A stretch of 64,000 bases of DNA from Aeromicrobium sp. (GTDB lineage Bacteria > Actinomycetota > Actinomycetes > Propionibacteriales > Nocardioidaceae). The notes beneath the pieces were generated by a model, which saw only the letters and a list, made by a program, of their open reading frames with translations, did not search any database and was not told the DNA's origin. The translations under genes and the position numbers were made by a program. How positions within the stretch are numbered: position 1 is the stretch's first letter; every line of letters starts with the position of its first letter. This document shows, piece by piece, positions 31,314 through 41,870 of the stretch. The DNA is taken from contig JBPCJE010000026.1 in NCBI GenBank assembly GCA_051005615.1, positions 25,454 through 89,453 on the forward strand, given 5' to 3'.

Positions 31314-32866
31314 GTGGACATCGTCGACGAGCTGATCCAGGGGCGCGAGGCCTTCCGCCGTCACGAGTGGCGAGCGGCCCGCGACCGGTTGTCGGCACCC
31401 GATCTGGCCTCGCTGGAGCCTGCGGACCTGCACGCCCTGGCGACTGCCGCCTACCTGGTCGGCGACATGGAGACCTGCGTGCAGGCGTGGCAGCGGGCGT
31501 TCGACGTGCACAGCGATGCCGATGACCGGTTGGCCGCGGCCCGTGACGCACTGTGGCTGACCCTCGTGCTCGTCAACTCGAACAACGAAGCCGCGGGGCG
31601 CGGTTGGCAGGCGCGAGCCGCGCGATTGCTCGACGAGGAGCCGGACGACGTGGCCGAGCGGGGCTTCCTCCAGATGCATCAGATGTACCAGCAGATCTTC
31701 AGCGGCAACTTCGAGGGGGGGTTCGACCTCGCGGTGAAGTGGCGGAGTCCGGTCGCCGACACCGGGAACCGGATCAGGTCGCCGTCGGGCTGATGTGTCA
31801 GGGCCGCATCACGATGTACTCCGGGCGCGTGCCCGAGGCGCTCGCCCTCCTGGATGAGGCGATGGCCCTGGTTGCCAGCGGAGGGGTCTCGCCGATCATC
31901 GGCGGTGCGACCTTCTGCACCATGATCGACGCGTGCAAGGAGATCGACGACTTCCGCCGCATGACGGACTGGACCCGGATGCTGTCGCACTGGTGCGAGC
32001 AACAGCCCGACCTCGTCCCGTTCACGGGTCAGGCCGCCGTGCACCGGGCCCAGATCATGCGGCTCAACGGAGCTTGGCCCGACGCACTCGAAGAGCTCGA
32101 GCTCGCGCGGACGCGCTACGAGGCTCTCGGCCTGGGCGAGGCCATGGGCGAGGTGCTGTACGAGCGCGGGGAAGTGCTGCGGCTGCAGGGCGACGTCGAG
32201 GCGGCCACGGCAGCCTTTGACGCCGCCGACGGATACGGTCATGACCCGCAGCCCGGTCTCACCTTGCTGTGGCTGTCCCAGGGCCGCGTCGACGCCGCCG
32301 TCGCGGTGGTGCGCCGGATGCTCGACGAGGTGCCGGACCCGGTGCACCGGAGCCGAATGCTGTCCGCCGCCACCGGCTTCGGGTTCGTGGCGATGTCCGC
32401 GTCTGCGGCGTTCGCGAAGGGCTCGGTGGCCCTCGCCCGCTCGGACCCGGCGGCGGCCCTACCCCACCTCCGTCAAGCGTGGCGAACGTGGCTCGACCTC
32501 GGCGCCCGGTACCTCGCGGCCCGGGCCCGCACCCGCATCGGACAAGCGTTCCGGGCGATGGGCGACGAGGACTCGGCGCGCGCCGAGCTCGCCGTGGCCG
32601 GGCGGACGTTCGAGGAGCTCGGCGCAGTCCCCGCACGCGTTGAAGTCGAACGCCTCCTTGGCGGGGGCCGGCCGGACGGCTTGACCGCCCGGGAGCTCGA
32701 GGTGCTGCGGCTCGTCGCGGCCGGCCGCACCAACCCGCAGATCGCGGCCGAGCTGTTCCTGAGTGAGAAGACCGTCGCTCGGCATCTCAGCAACATCTTC
32801 GGCAAGACCAGCGTGACGTCACGCACCGCAGCCGCGGCGTACGCCTTCCAGCACCAGCTGGCCTGA
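31314..32866 (+). pseudogene. LuxR-family regulator with helical N-terminal region, frameshifted at ~31715-31737
   Basis: GREAF...W..A start, C-terminal LTARELEVLRLVAAG.TN..IA..LFLSEKTVARH HTH. The two overlapping ORFs are joined by one inserted base. Confidence 0.75.
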
Positions 32867-32878
32867 CTCAGCGAAGAG

Positions 32879-33058
32879 TCACTGCGGCCCGGGCAGGACG
32901 GCCCACAGCACGAGGTAGATCACGAACTGGGGGCCGGGCAGGATGCCGGAGACGACGAACGCGATCCGGACGTTCCTGGTGCGCCAGCCGTAGCGTTCGG
33001 CGATGCCCGCGCAGACCCCGCCGATCACGCGATCGTTCGACCTCGTCAACGTCGTCAT
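32879..33058 (-). CDS. PspC domain protein
   Basis: LTRSNDRVIGGVCAGIA..YG..VR..F..YLVLW. Confidence 0.85.
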   Translation of the reverse strand: MTTLTRSNDRVIGGVCAGIAERYGWRTRNVRIAFVVSGILPGPQFVIYLVLWAVLPGPQ

Positions 33059-33150
33059 GCCATCCACGATGCCACCGCGGCCCATCAGTCACATCGGTGA
33101 CGACCCTGACCGGCCCCGGGTTTCCGACAGCGACTCGTAGGCTGACTGGT

Positions 33151-33660
33151 GTGACGATCCATTCCGAGCACCCGTTCGTGCCGCCCGAGGGCGATCGCGA
33201 CCCGCTGCGGCGTCTGCGCGGGCAGCTGCCGGCGCCGGTGACGGTCTGGGCGGCCGGGTCCGGACGCGAGCGGCGCGGTCTCACAGTTTCGTCCGTCCTG
33301 GTGGCCGCCGGCGAACCGGCCCACGTGCTGGGTCTCGTCGATGAGGAGTCGGGGCTGTGGGACGAACCCCCGACGACGCTCGTCGTGAACGTGCTCGGTC
33401 CCGGTCACACCTACCTCGCCGAGGCGTTCGCCGGCACCGTCCCGGCACCCGGTGGTCCGTTCACGTTGGGGGAGTGGGGAGACTCCGAGTGGGGGCCGGT
33501 ACTGGCCGATGCGTCCGCCTGGATGGGTGTTCGGCTGGAGCCGGGCCCTCCACGCCACGTGGGCTGGGGACTGCTGGTCGACGGCACGGTCGAGCACCTC
33601 GAGACCGGCTCACCGGACGTCCTGACGCACGTTCGCGGGCACTATCTCGACGGGTCCTGA
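33151..33660 (+). CDS. flavin reductase family protein
   Basis: IHSEHPF..RDP.RRLRG.L.APVTVW..GLTVSS. Confidence 0.82.
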   Translation: MTIHSEHPFVPPEGDRDPLRRLRGQLPAPVTVWAAGSGRERRGLTVSSVLVAAGEPAHVLGLVDEESGLWDEPPTTLVVNVLGPGHTYLAEAFAGTVPAPGGPFTLGEWGDSEWGPVLADASAWMGVRLEPGPPRHVGWGLLVDGTVEHLETGSPDVLTHVRGHYLDGS

Positions 33661-33700
33661 CCAGCGCAGCGCGTTCAGCCGCACTCGTTAGACTGACCCA

Positions 33701-35581
33701 ATGGCCGTGCTCGACACCCTCCGCGGACCTGCCGACCTGCGGCAGATGTCCGACGAGGAGCTCACCCTCCTCGCCGAGGAGATCCGTGAGCTGCTGATCT
33801 GCTCCGTCGCGACCAACGGCGGCCACCTGGGTCCCAACCTCGGCGTCGTCGAGCTCGGCATGGCCATCCACCGCGTCTTCGACTCCCCGCGCGACCGCAT
33901 CGTGTGGGACACCGGGCACCAGTCGTACGTCCACAAGATGCTCACCGGCCGCGCGGGGGAGTTCTCCACGCTGCGCAAGGAGGGCGGCCTGTCGGGATAC
34001 CCCTGCCAAGGGGAGTCCGAGCACGACTGGGTCGAGAACTCGCACGCCTCAACCAGCCTGTCGTACGCCGACGGCATGGCGAAGGCGAACCAGATCCTGG
34101 GCAAGGACGACCACGTCGTGGCCGTCATCGGCGATGGCGCGCTCACGGGCGGCATGGCCTGGGAGGCGCTCAACAACATCGCTGCCGGCCAGGATCGTCG
34201 CCTCGTGGTGATCGTGAATGACAACGGCCGGTCGTACACGCCGACCGTGGGCGGGCTGGCGAACCGGCTGACTGAAATTCGCACCAACCCGAGATACGAG
34301 CCGGCGCTCAGCGCGATCAAGGACCGCCTCAACCGCACCCGCGCGGTCGGCCCGGCCACCTACGACGCCCTGCACGCCATCAAGAAGGGCATCAAGGACG
34401 CGCTCGCCCCGCAGGGCATGTTCGAGGACCTCGGTCTCAAGTACATCGGCCCGGTCGACGGGCACGACCGGCACGCGCTCGAGCACGCCCTCATCCAGGC
34501 CCGCAGGTTCGGCGGTCCGGTGCTGGTGCACGCGCTCACCACCAAAGGCCAGGGCTACGACATCGCCGTCGCCAACGAGAACGACCAGATGCACCAGTCG
34601 GCGCCGTTCGACCGCGAGACCGGCGACGCCACGGCCGTGGCCCCGGCCGGTTGGACGTCGGTGTTCCGTGACGAGGTGGTGCGCATCGCCGACGAGCGCC
34701 CCGACGTCGTCGGCATCACCGCGGCCATGCTCTACCCCGTCGGTCTCGACGCGTTCGCCGACAAGTTCCCCGACCGCGTCTTCGGCGTCGGCATCGCCGA
34801 GCAGCACGCAGTCACCAGCGCCGCCGGAATGGCGATGGCCGGCCTCCACCCGGTCGTCGCCATCTACGCCACGTTCCTCAACCGCGCGTTCGACCAGGTG
34901 CTGCTCGACGTCGCGCTGCACCGTTGCGGCGTCACGTTCGTTCTCGATCGGGCCGGTGTCACCGGCGACGACGGCGCCAGCCACAACGGCATGTGGGACA
35001 TGTCGCTGCTGCAGCTCGTGCCCCACCTCCGACTGGCAGCGCCACGCGACGGCTCCCAGCTGCGCGAGCTGCTGCGCGAGGCCGTCGATGTCGGTGACGC
35101 ACCCACCGTCGTGCGCTTCGCCAAAGGTGCGGTCGGCCCCGACATCCCGGCCATCGAGCGGCTCGGCGTGGCCGACGTCCTCTCTCGCGACGACACCCCG
35201 GACGTCTTCGTGCTGGCCTCCGGCTCGTTGGCACAGGTCGCCCTCGACGCGGCGGAAACGGTCCGCGGTTCCGGTCTCGGGGTCACGGTGGTCGACCCGC
35301 GGTGGGTCAAGCCGTTCGACCCGGCCGTCGTGGAGCTCGCCGCCCAGCACCGCCTGGTCGCCACGGTCGAGGACAACGGGCGGCACGGGGGAGTCGGCGC
35401 CTCCTTCACGCAGGCCCTGCGCGACGCGGGCTGCGAGGTCCCCGTGCGCGTCCACGCCGTGGAGCAGGAGTTCCTCGACCACGCCAAGCGCGACGTCATC
35501 CTGAACCGCCTGGGCCTCACGCCTGAGGCGATCGCCGACGACATCCTGGCGGCGTCCGGCCGGAATGCGCCGGACACATGA
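33701..35581 (+). CDS. dxs: 1-deoxy-D-xylulose-5-phosphate synthase
   Basis: [30 protein letters not shown] and DRAG motifs. Confidence 0.97.
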   Translation: MAVLDTLRGPADLRQMSDEELTLLAEEIRELLICSVATNGGHLGPNLGVVELGMAIHRVFDSPRDRIVWDTGHQSYVHKMLTGRAGEFSTLRKEGGLSGYPCQGESEHDWVENSHASTSLSYADGMAKANQILGKDDHVVAVIGDGALTGGMAWEALNNIAAGQDRRLVVIVNDNGRSYTPTVGGLANRLTEIRTNPRYEPALSAIKDRLNRTRAVGPATYDALHAIKKGIKDALAPQGMFEDLGLKYIGPVDGHDRHALEHALIQARRFGGPVLVHALTTKGQGYDIAVANENDQMHQSAPFDRETGDATAVAPAGWTSVFRDEVVRIADERPDVVGITAAMLYPVGLDAFADKFPDRVFGVGIAEQHAVTSAAGMAMAGLHPVVAIYATFLNRAFDQVLLDVALHRCGVTFVLDRAGVTGDDGASHNGMWDMSLLQLVPHLRLAAPRDGSQLRELLREAVDVGDAPTVVRFAKGAVGPDIPAIERLGVADVLSRDDTPDVFVLASGSLAQVALDAAETVRGSGLGVTVVDPRWVKPFDPAVVELAAQHRLVATVEDNGRHGGVGASFTQALRDAGCEVPVRVHAVEQEFLDHAKRDVILNRLGLTPEAIADDILAASGRNAPDT

Positions 35582-35591
35582 GGCGCTGACG

Positions 35592-36485
35592 ATGAAGTGG
35601 CCTTCCCGACGTGACGACGAGCCAGTGAGCCCGTCTCAGCGACCCGTTCTCATCCATGCCCTTGACGGTTTCCTGACTGCCGGTGCGGCACCACGCCTCG
35701 CGGCCACTCAGCTGCGTACGGGTCACGGCGAGGTCGTGCGCCGGTTCGACCTCGACAAGCTGTACGACTTCCGGGCTCGTCGCCCGTTCATCACCTTCCA
35801 GACCGACCACTACCAGGACTACGAGGACCCCAGCCTGGAGATCGTGCTCGAGCACGACGAGTCGGGCACCCCGTACCTGCTGCTCGCCGGTCCCGAACCC
35901 GACTTCCGCTGGGAGTCGTTCGTCGACGGTGTCCAGGAGGTCGTCGAGGAGTACGACGTGCCGCTCACCCTCGGGCTCGGCGCCGTGCCGATGGGCGTCC
36001 CGCACACCCGGCCGGCCATGATCACCGCGCACGGGTCGCGCCCAGAGCTCGTCGACCGCAAGAACCTGTGGTCGGCCGAGGTCCGGGTCCCGTCGTCCGT
36101 ACAGGCACTGCTGGAGTACCGGTTCGCCCAGCGCGGTCTCGACGCCGCCGGTTACGTCGTCCACGTGCCGCACTACCTCGCGCAGGTCGACTACCCGATC
36201 GCCGCCGTGGCCCTGCTCGACGCGGTCGTCGACCGTCTTGGCCTGCAGCTCGACTACGACGGCCTGCGCGCCTCGCAGGGTGAGGCGTTGGCCGAGATCG
36301 AGCAGCAGATCGCCGACCAGGACGGCGAGGACGTCCTGTCGGGCCTGGAGGAGCAGTACGACGCCTTCACCCGCGGAGCCGCCCAGTCGCTTCTGGCCGA
36401 CGACGACTCGATCCCCAGCGGCGAGGAGCTGGCCGACCAGTTCGAGAAGTTCCTCGCTCGGCAGCGCAAGAACGACGACCGCTGA
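35592..36485 (+). CDS. PAC2-family proteasome assembly chaperone-like protein
   Basis: YDFRARRP, GPEPDFRWE, PMGVPHTRP, VHVPHYLAQ..YP and LEEQYD. Confidence 0.88.
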   Translation: MKWPSRRDDEPVSPSQRPVLIHALDGFLTAGAAPRLAATQLRTGHGEVVRRFDLDKLYDFRARRPFITFQTDHYQDYEDPSLEIVLEHDESGTPYLLLAGPEPDFRWESFVDGVQEVVEEYDVPLTLGLGAVPMGVPHTRPAMITAHGSRPELVDRKNLWSAEVRVPSSVQALLEYRFAQRGLDAAGYVVHVPHYLAQVDYPIAAVALLDAVVDRLGLQLDYDGLRASQGEALAEIEQQIADQDGEDVLSGLEEQYDAFTRGAAQSLLADDDSIPSGEELADQFEKFLARQRKNDDR

Positions 36486-36525
36486 CCCCGTTGGCCCCGT
36501 CTCCGGCCGTCGGTAGGGTGTGGCC

Positions 36526-37389
36526 GTGCCTGCGACGCTGACTCAGCTCATCGACCTGCTTGACCTGGAGAAGCTCGACGAGGGCTTGTTTCGTGGCCGC
36601 CAGCCCGAGGACACGGGGTTCATCCGTGTCTTCGGCGGCCAGGTGGCCGCCCAGGCCCTCATGGCGTCCCAGTTGACCGTCCCGGAGGAGCGGCACGTCC
36701 ACTCTCTGCACAGCTACTTTCTGCTCGGTGGCGACCTGAGCATCCCGATCATCTACGACGTCGAGAACGTCCGCGACGGTGGATCGTTCACGACGCGTCG
36801 GGTCGCAGCGCGGCAGCACGGCGCGATCATCTTCTACATGACCGTCTCGTTCCAGCGGGTCGAGGACGGGTTCAACCACCAGGACGAGATGCCGGACGTC
36901 CCGGCGCCGGACGAGTGCACTCCGCTGCCCGACGTCATCCGGTCCGTCAATCCGGAGGCGGCCGACTGGTGGGTCAAGGAGTGGTCGGCGATCGACACCA
37001 GGCTCGTCACCACGGGCGACGACGCCAGCACCCAACGTCTGTGGTTCCGTCTCGTCGAGCAGCTCCCCGACGATCGCCGGCTGCGCAACGCCGTGCTCAC
37101 CTACTTCTCCGACCTCACGCTGCTCGGACCGTCCCTCATCCCGCACGGACGCGTGGTCAGCTCACCCGACGTCCAGGTCGCCTCGCTGGACCACACCATC
37201 TGGTTCCACCGGCCGGCCGAGGCCAGCCAGTGGTTCCTCTACGACCAGCACTCGCCGTCGGCGTCACGCGCCCGCGGGCTCGCCATCGGCCGGGTGTTTG
37301 CCGAGAGCGGCGACCTGGTCGCGACCATCGCCCAGGAGGGCCTCATCCGGCCCGTCCGTCCTGCTGACGGTCCCGGCGCCGCCGGCTGA
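36526..37389 (+). CDS. tesB: acyl-CoA thioesterase II
   Basis: RVFGGQVAAQAL, HSLHSYF, RDGGSF, ASLDHTIWFH and QEGL. Confidence 0.93.
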   Translation: MPATLTQLIDLLDLEKLDEGLFRGRQPEDTGFIRVFGGQVAAQALMASQLTVPEERHVHSLHSYFLLGGDLSIPIIYDVENVRDGGSFTTRRVAARQHGAIIFYMTVSFQRVEDGFNHQDEMPDVPAPDECTPLPDVIRSVNPEAADWWVKEWSAIDTRLVTTGDDASTQRLWFRLVEQLPDDRRLRNAVLTYFSDLTLLGPSLIPHGRVVSSPDVQVASLDHTIWFHRPAEASQWFLYDQHSPSASRARGLAIGRVFAESGDLVATIAQEGLIRPVRPADGPGAAG

Positions 37390-37399
37390 GCATCGGGCG

Positions 37400-38278
37400 T
37401 TACGCGGGCGTGATGCGACCGACCAGGTGCGTGGAAGGCTTGCGGGCGCTCGTGACGCCGAGGGTGATGACCTCTCCGTCGGAACGGTTGCCGAACACGA
37501 CCGTGCTCGGGAGCAGGATCGGCTTCTTGAACTCGACGTCGATGGTGAACGCGTCGGGCAGCTTGTTCTGCAACGCCGCCAGAGCGTGCGCCTTGGTCCA
37601 CATCCCGTGCGCGATGTTGCGCGGGAACCCGAACGCCTTGGCGGTGATCGGGTACAGGTGGATGGGGTTTCGGTCGCCCGACACCGCGCCGTACCGACGA
37701 CCGAGGTCGCCGGTGAGCTTCCAGTGCACGACGCCGTCCGGCGCCTCGACACCGGCGAGCGGCGCCGGGATCTTCTCCTTGCCGCCGTCGCGTCCGCGCG
37801 AGAACAGGGTGGTGGCCTCCTCCCACACGACCTCTCCGTCGATGGTGGCGGTCGTCAGGAGGTCGACGAGGCGACCCTTGCTGTGCGGACGGAGGTCGGC
37901 GGCCGTCACGGAGACGTCGAAGGTCTCATCGAGCTTGATCGGGCGGTGCTGCGTGATGCTGTTGCGCAGGTGAACCAGACCCATCGGGGCGAACGGGAAC
38001 GCGGTATCGGTCATCAGCGCCATGTGCAGCGCGAACGCTGCCATGTGCGGGTAGGTGGCCGGCAGCGTGTCACTGCGTGCGAAGCCGCAGACCTCGTTGT
38101 ACTTCTCGAGGTGGTCCGGCGACGTGGCGACGTTCTTCCGCTCCAGGGTCAGGTCGGGCACGGACCCTGAGTTGTGCTTGACGCCCGGAAGTCCACCGAG
38201 CACCGGGATCGCCGGCAGCACGGCCTTCAGCATCAGCGGCGCCGTGGATGGCGCCTTGTCGAACGAACGGGTCGTCAT
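37400..38278 (-). CDS. MaoC-like double hot-dog dehydratase (HtdX-like)
   Basis: YGAVSGDRNPIH and IAHGMWT hydratase motif, downstream of fabG4. Confidence 0.88.
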   Translation of the reverse strand: MTTRSFDKAPSTAPLMLKAVLPAIPVLGGLPGVKHNSGSVPDLTLERKNVATSPDHLEKYNEVCGFARSDTLPATYPHMAAFALHMALMTDTAFPFAPMGLVHLRNSITQHRPIKLDETFDVSVTAADLRPHSKGRLVDLLTTATIDGEVVWEEATTLFSRGRDGGKEKIPAPLAGVEAPDGVVHWKLTGDLGRRYGAVSGDRNPIHLYPITAKAFGFPRNIAHGMWTKAHALAALQNKLPDAFTIDVEFKKPILLPSTVVFGNRSDGEVITLGVTSARKPSTHLVGRITPA

Positions 38279-38279
38279 C

Positions 38280-39623
38280 TCAGGCGCCCAGCAGGCTTTG
38301 GCCGCAGACGCGGACAACGTTGCCGGAGACGGCCGAGGAGCCCGGGTTGGCGTACCAGGCGATGGCCTCGGCGACGTCGACCGGCAGGCCACCCTGCGAC
38401 ATCGAGTTCATCCGCCGGCCGGCCTCGCGGATGCCCAGCGGGATCGTCTTGACCATGTCGGTTTCGATGAATCCCGGGGCGATCGCGTTGGCAGTGATGC
38501 CGTCCTTGGCCACCCGCTGGCTCAACGACTGGATCCAGCCGATGACGCCGGCTTTGGCCGAGCCGTAGTTGGTCTGGCCGTTGTTGCCCGCGATACCGGC
38601 GATGGACGAGATGCCCACGATGCGTCCGCCCTCGCGGATCAGGCCCTGATCGAGCAGCTCGTCGGTGATGCGCTGCGGTGCGCCGACGCTGATGTCGACG
38701 ACGAGCGCGAAGTTCTCCGGCTTCATGTTGCGCAGCCGCTTGTCGCGGGTGATGCCGGCGTTGTGCACGATGATGTCGACCCCGCCGTGGTTCTTCTTGA
38801 GGTAGGCAGCGATCTCCTTGGGTGCGTCCGCGGCGGTGATGTCGAGGGTGATCGCACCGCCACCGAGCTCGTCGGTGAGGGCCTTCAGGTCGGCTTCCAG
38901 CGGGGGGACGTCGAGGCCGACGACCGTGGCTCCGTCACGGTGCAAGGCGCGGATCTCAGCCTCGCCGAGGCCGCGCGAGGCGCCGGTGACGAGGGCGACC
39001 TTGCCGGCCAGCGGCTTGGCGAAGTTCTCGGGCTTGTCCTCCTTCTTGAGGTCGGTGAGTCCGATGCGGACAACCTGCCCGGAGACGTAGGCGGACTTCG
39101 GGGAGAGCAGGAACTCGAGCGTGGAACCGATCGCCGCCTCCGCGCCCTTCGCGACGTAGACGAGGTTGACCGAGCTGCCGCCGCCGACCTCCTTGGCGAG
39201 CGAGCGGGTGAACCCCTCGAGCGCTCGCTGGGCGAGTGCGGCACCTTCGGACTTGGCTTCTTCCGGCAGAGCGCCGAGGACGACCACACGACCGCACGGC
39301 TCCAGCTGGCGCAGCACCGGGGAGAAGAACTCCTGCAAGGACACGAGGCCCTCGCTGGAGTCGATGCTCGAGGCGTCGAAGACCAGACCCTTGTACTTCT
39401 TGCTGTCGGACGGGACGCCGGTGGCCTCGATCCTGACGGCCTTGAGGGACGCCGTGACGGCCTTCGCGACCGGGGTCTGGGTGGCTGCGCCGGTCAGCAC
39501 CGTTCCCTTGACCAGCGGGCCACCCTCGTAACGCTCGAGGTAGGGCGGGTTCGGCAGGCCGAGGTTCTTGACCAGGAACTTGCCGATCGGATTGTGGGCC
39601 AGGTCTTGGTAACGATCCGTCAT
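38280..39623 (-). CDS. fabG: high-molecular-weight 3-oxoacyl-ACP/CoA reductase (FabG4-like)
   Basis: N-terminal extra domain plus TGASRGLG, HNAGITRD and NYGSAK. Confidence 0.9.
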   Translation of the reverse strand: MTDRYQDLAHNPIGKFLVKNLGLPNPPYLERYEGGPLVKGTVLTGAATQTPVAKAVTASLKAVRIEATGVPSDSKKYKGLVFDASSIDSSEGLVSLQEFFSPVLRQLEPCGRVVVLGALPEEAKSEGAALAQRALEGFTRSLAKEVGGGSSVNLVYVAKGAEAAIGSTLEFLLSPKSAYVSGQVVRIGLTDLKKEDKPENFAKPLAGKVALVTGASRGLGEAEIRALHRDGATVVGLDVPPLEADLKALTDELGGGAITLDITAADAPKEIAAYLKKNHGGVDIIVHNAGITRDKRLRNMKPENFALVVDISVGAPQRITDELLDQGLIREGGRIVGISSIAGIAGNNGQTNYGSAKAGVIGWIQSLSQRVAKDGITANAIAPGFIETDMVKTIPLGIREAGRRMNSMSQGGLPVDVAEAIAWYANPGSSAVSGNVVRVCGQSLLGA

Positions 39624-39647
39624 GACCGCATGTGTCCTATCTCTCGC

Positions 39648-39696
39648 ATACCATCGGTATCTGAATGTCTGGTGAAACTGTAACCTCGGGTGACAG
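39648..39696. promoter_or_regulatory. two related palindromes in the fabG4/fadA2 divergent promoter
   Basis: ATACC-atc-GGTAT (39648-39660) and CTGTAACC-tcg-GGTGACAG (39678-39696). Confidence 0.45.
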
Positions 39697-39780
39697 CACC
39701 AGTCCACACGGAGTGGCGAGGCGCACACGTGGGACTCATCGTCCCAGACGAGGCCCGCCACGAACAGCGAGGAGCACGTC

Positions 39781-41136
39781 ATGGCGGACCAGTCGCCGGC
39801 GAAGAAGAACGCGAAGAAGCCAGCCGCGAAGGCTGTCAGCACCGCCACACCGGCCACCCAGGACTCGCCGCGTCCCGTCGCCGTCATCGGCGGCAACCGC
39901 ATCCCGTTCGCCCGCTCGAACACGGTCTACACCGACGCCTCCAACCAGGACATGCTCACCGCCGCTCTTGACGGGCTGGTCGAGCGCTACGGGCTCGAGG
40001 GCGAGCGTGCGGGCGAGTTCGTCGCCGGTGCCGTGCTCAAGCACAGCCGCGACTTCAACCTCGCCCGCGAGACCGTGCTCGGCTCGCGGCTGTCACCCGA
40101 GACGCCGGCTGCCGACATCCAGCAGGCCTGCGACACCGGCATCCAGGCCGCCATCCAGGTCGCCAACAAGATCGCCCTCGGCAAGATCGAGTTCGGCATC
40201 GCCGGCGGCTCCGACACCACCTCGGACGCCCCGCTGGCGATCGGCGACAAGCTCCGCAAGATCCTGCTCGAGGCCAACCGCGCCAAGGACAACAGGGGAC
40301 GGCTGGCCGCCATCGCCAAGATTCGACCTGGACACCTTGCCCCCGACCAGCCCCGCAACGCCGAGCCGCGCACCGGTCTCTCCATGGGCGACAGTCAGGC
40401 CCTCACCACCAAGGAGTGGGGCATCACCCGCGAGGCGCAGGACGAGCTGGCAGTGAAGTCGCACCAGAACCTGGCCGCCTCATACGACGAGGGCTGGCAG
40501 GACGACCTCGTCACCCCGTACCTCGGCGTCGAGCGCGACAACAACATGCGCGCCGACTCCTCCATGGAGAAGCTCGCCAAGCTCAAGCCCGTCTTCGGCA
40601 AGGGTGAGGGCGCCACGATGACGGCGGCCAACTCCACGCCCCTCTCCGACGGTGCCTCCACCGTGCTGCTCGCCTCCGACGAGGAGGCTGACCGCCGCGG
40701 ATGGACGCCGCTGGCGCACCTCGTCGACTACGAGACCGCAGCCGTCGACTACGTGGGCGGCGCCGAGGGCCTGCTGATGGCACCCGTCTACGCCGTGCCG
40801 CGCACGCTCGCGCGTCAGGGCTTGACGCTGCAGGACTTCGACTTCTACGAGATCCACGAGGCCTTCGCCGGCCAGGTGCTCACCACGCTCGCCGCGTGGG
40901 AGGATCCCGCGTTCTGCAAGGAGAAGCTCGGACTCGACGAGCCGCTCGGCGCGATCGATCGCAGCAAGCTCAACGTCAAGGGCTCGTCCTTGGCCGCCGC
41001 CCATCCGTTCGCCGCCACCGGCGGCCGCATCGTCGCCAACCTGGCCAAGCTGCTGCACGAGAAGGGGTCGGGCCGCGGCCTGATCTCGATCTGCGCGGCC
41101 GGCGGCCAGGGCGTCGTCGCCATCCTCGAAGCCTGA
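39781..41136 (+). CDS. fadA: acetyl-CoA C-acetyltransferase (FadA2-like thiolase)
   Basis: GGNRIPFAR, QQAC, EIHEAFA, HPFAATG and SICAAGGQG. Confidence 0.93.
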   Translation: MADQSPAKKNAKKPAAKAVSTATPATQDSPRPVAVIGGNRIPFARSNTVYTDASNQDMLTAALDGLVERYGLEGERAGEFVAGAVLKHSRDFNLARETVLGSRLSPETPAADIQQACDTGIQAAIQVANKIALGKIEFGIAGGSDTTSDAPLAIGDKLRKILLEANRAKDNRGRLAAIAKIRPGHLAPDQPRNAEPRTGLSMGDSQALTTKEWGITREAQDELAVKSHQNLAASYDEGWQDDLVTPYLGVERDNNMRADSSMEKLAKLKPVFGKGEGATMTAANSTPLSDGASTVLLASDEEADRRGWTPLAHLVDYETAAVDYVGGAEGLLMAPVYAVPRTLARQGLTLQDFDFYEIHEAFAGQVLTTLAAWEDPAFCKEKLGLDEPLGAIDRSKLNVKGSSLAAAHPFAATGGRIVANLAKLLHEKGSGRGLISICAAGGQGVVAILEA

Positions 41137-41140
41137 GCGT

Positions 41141-41803
41141 TCAGGCAACCGGGGCAGGCCCCCGTGCCATGGCACAGGCAGCCTGGGCGACGTACTCCTT
41201 GACCTCGTCGAACTGCACCGGGTCGATTCTGGGATGGCCGGGGTCGAGGGCCCGCACGGAGATCCGCAACGTCGCGAGGTTGAGCACGCCCAGCGCCTGC
41301 GTGTAGAAGATGTTCGCCACGAGGTCGGGATTCGGTACGTCGAAGACTCCCTGCCTCGTTCCGTCCTCGAGCACGCTCACGACGTGCGCAGTGCATTCGG
41401 TCATGGCCCGACCGAGTCGGAACATCACGTGCTCGCTGACCTCCTGCATGAGCTCGTCGCCACGACGCCTGAGCAGGGCCTGGGCGCAGTCGACGAAGGC
41501 CGGGTACCGCTCGCCGAAGTCCAGGAACGCGTGCACGATCGCGACCAGGCGATCGGACGGGTCGTCGGTGGAGCGCGCGGCCTTGCCGAGCTCGACGTCG
41601 AGCTCTTCGAGGTAGCCGACCAGAGCCATCGCGAACAGCTCCTCCTTTCCGGAGAAGTGCCGGTAGATGATGGCGCGGTTGATGCCGACCGCCTGCGCGA
41701 TGTCCTCGATCTGCGCGTCTCGCACGCCGCGCTCGTCGAACAGGTTGCGGGTGGCCGCGAGGATCTCCTGGCGGCGAGCGGCCCGTCGATCGGATGGAGG
41801 CAT
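41141..41803 (-). CDS. TetR family transcriptional regulator
   Basis: IEDIAQAVGINRAIIYRHFSGKEELF HTH. Confidence 0.9.
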   Translation of the reverse strand: MPPSDRRAARRQEILAATRNLFDERGVRDAQIEDIAQAVGINRAIIYRHFSGKEELFAMALVGYLEELDVELGKAARSTDDPSDRLVAIVHAFLDFGERYPAFVDCAQALLRRRGDELMQEVSEHVMFRLGRAMTECTAHVVSVLEDGTRQGVFDVPNPDLVANIFYTQALGVLNLATLRISVRALDPGHPRIDPVQFDEVKEYVAQAACAMARGPAPVA

Positions 41804-41840
41804 GCAGCCAGCGTAGTCGCGCCTCGTCGCCGGGATGTTC

Positions 41841-41862
41841 TGTCGGGTGGGCTGGGTACGCT
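41841..41862 (+). promoter_or_regulatory. RecA-NDp/PafBC-type promoter of uvrB
   Basis: TGTCGG-N10-TACGCT upstream of ATG 41871. Confidence 0.7.
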
Positions 41863-41870
41863 GGATCAAC

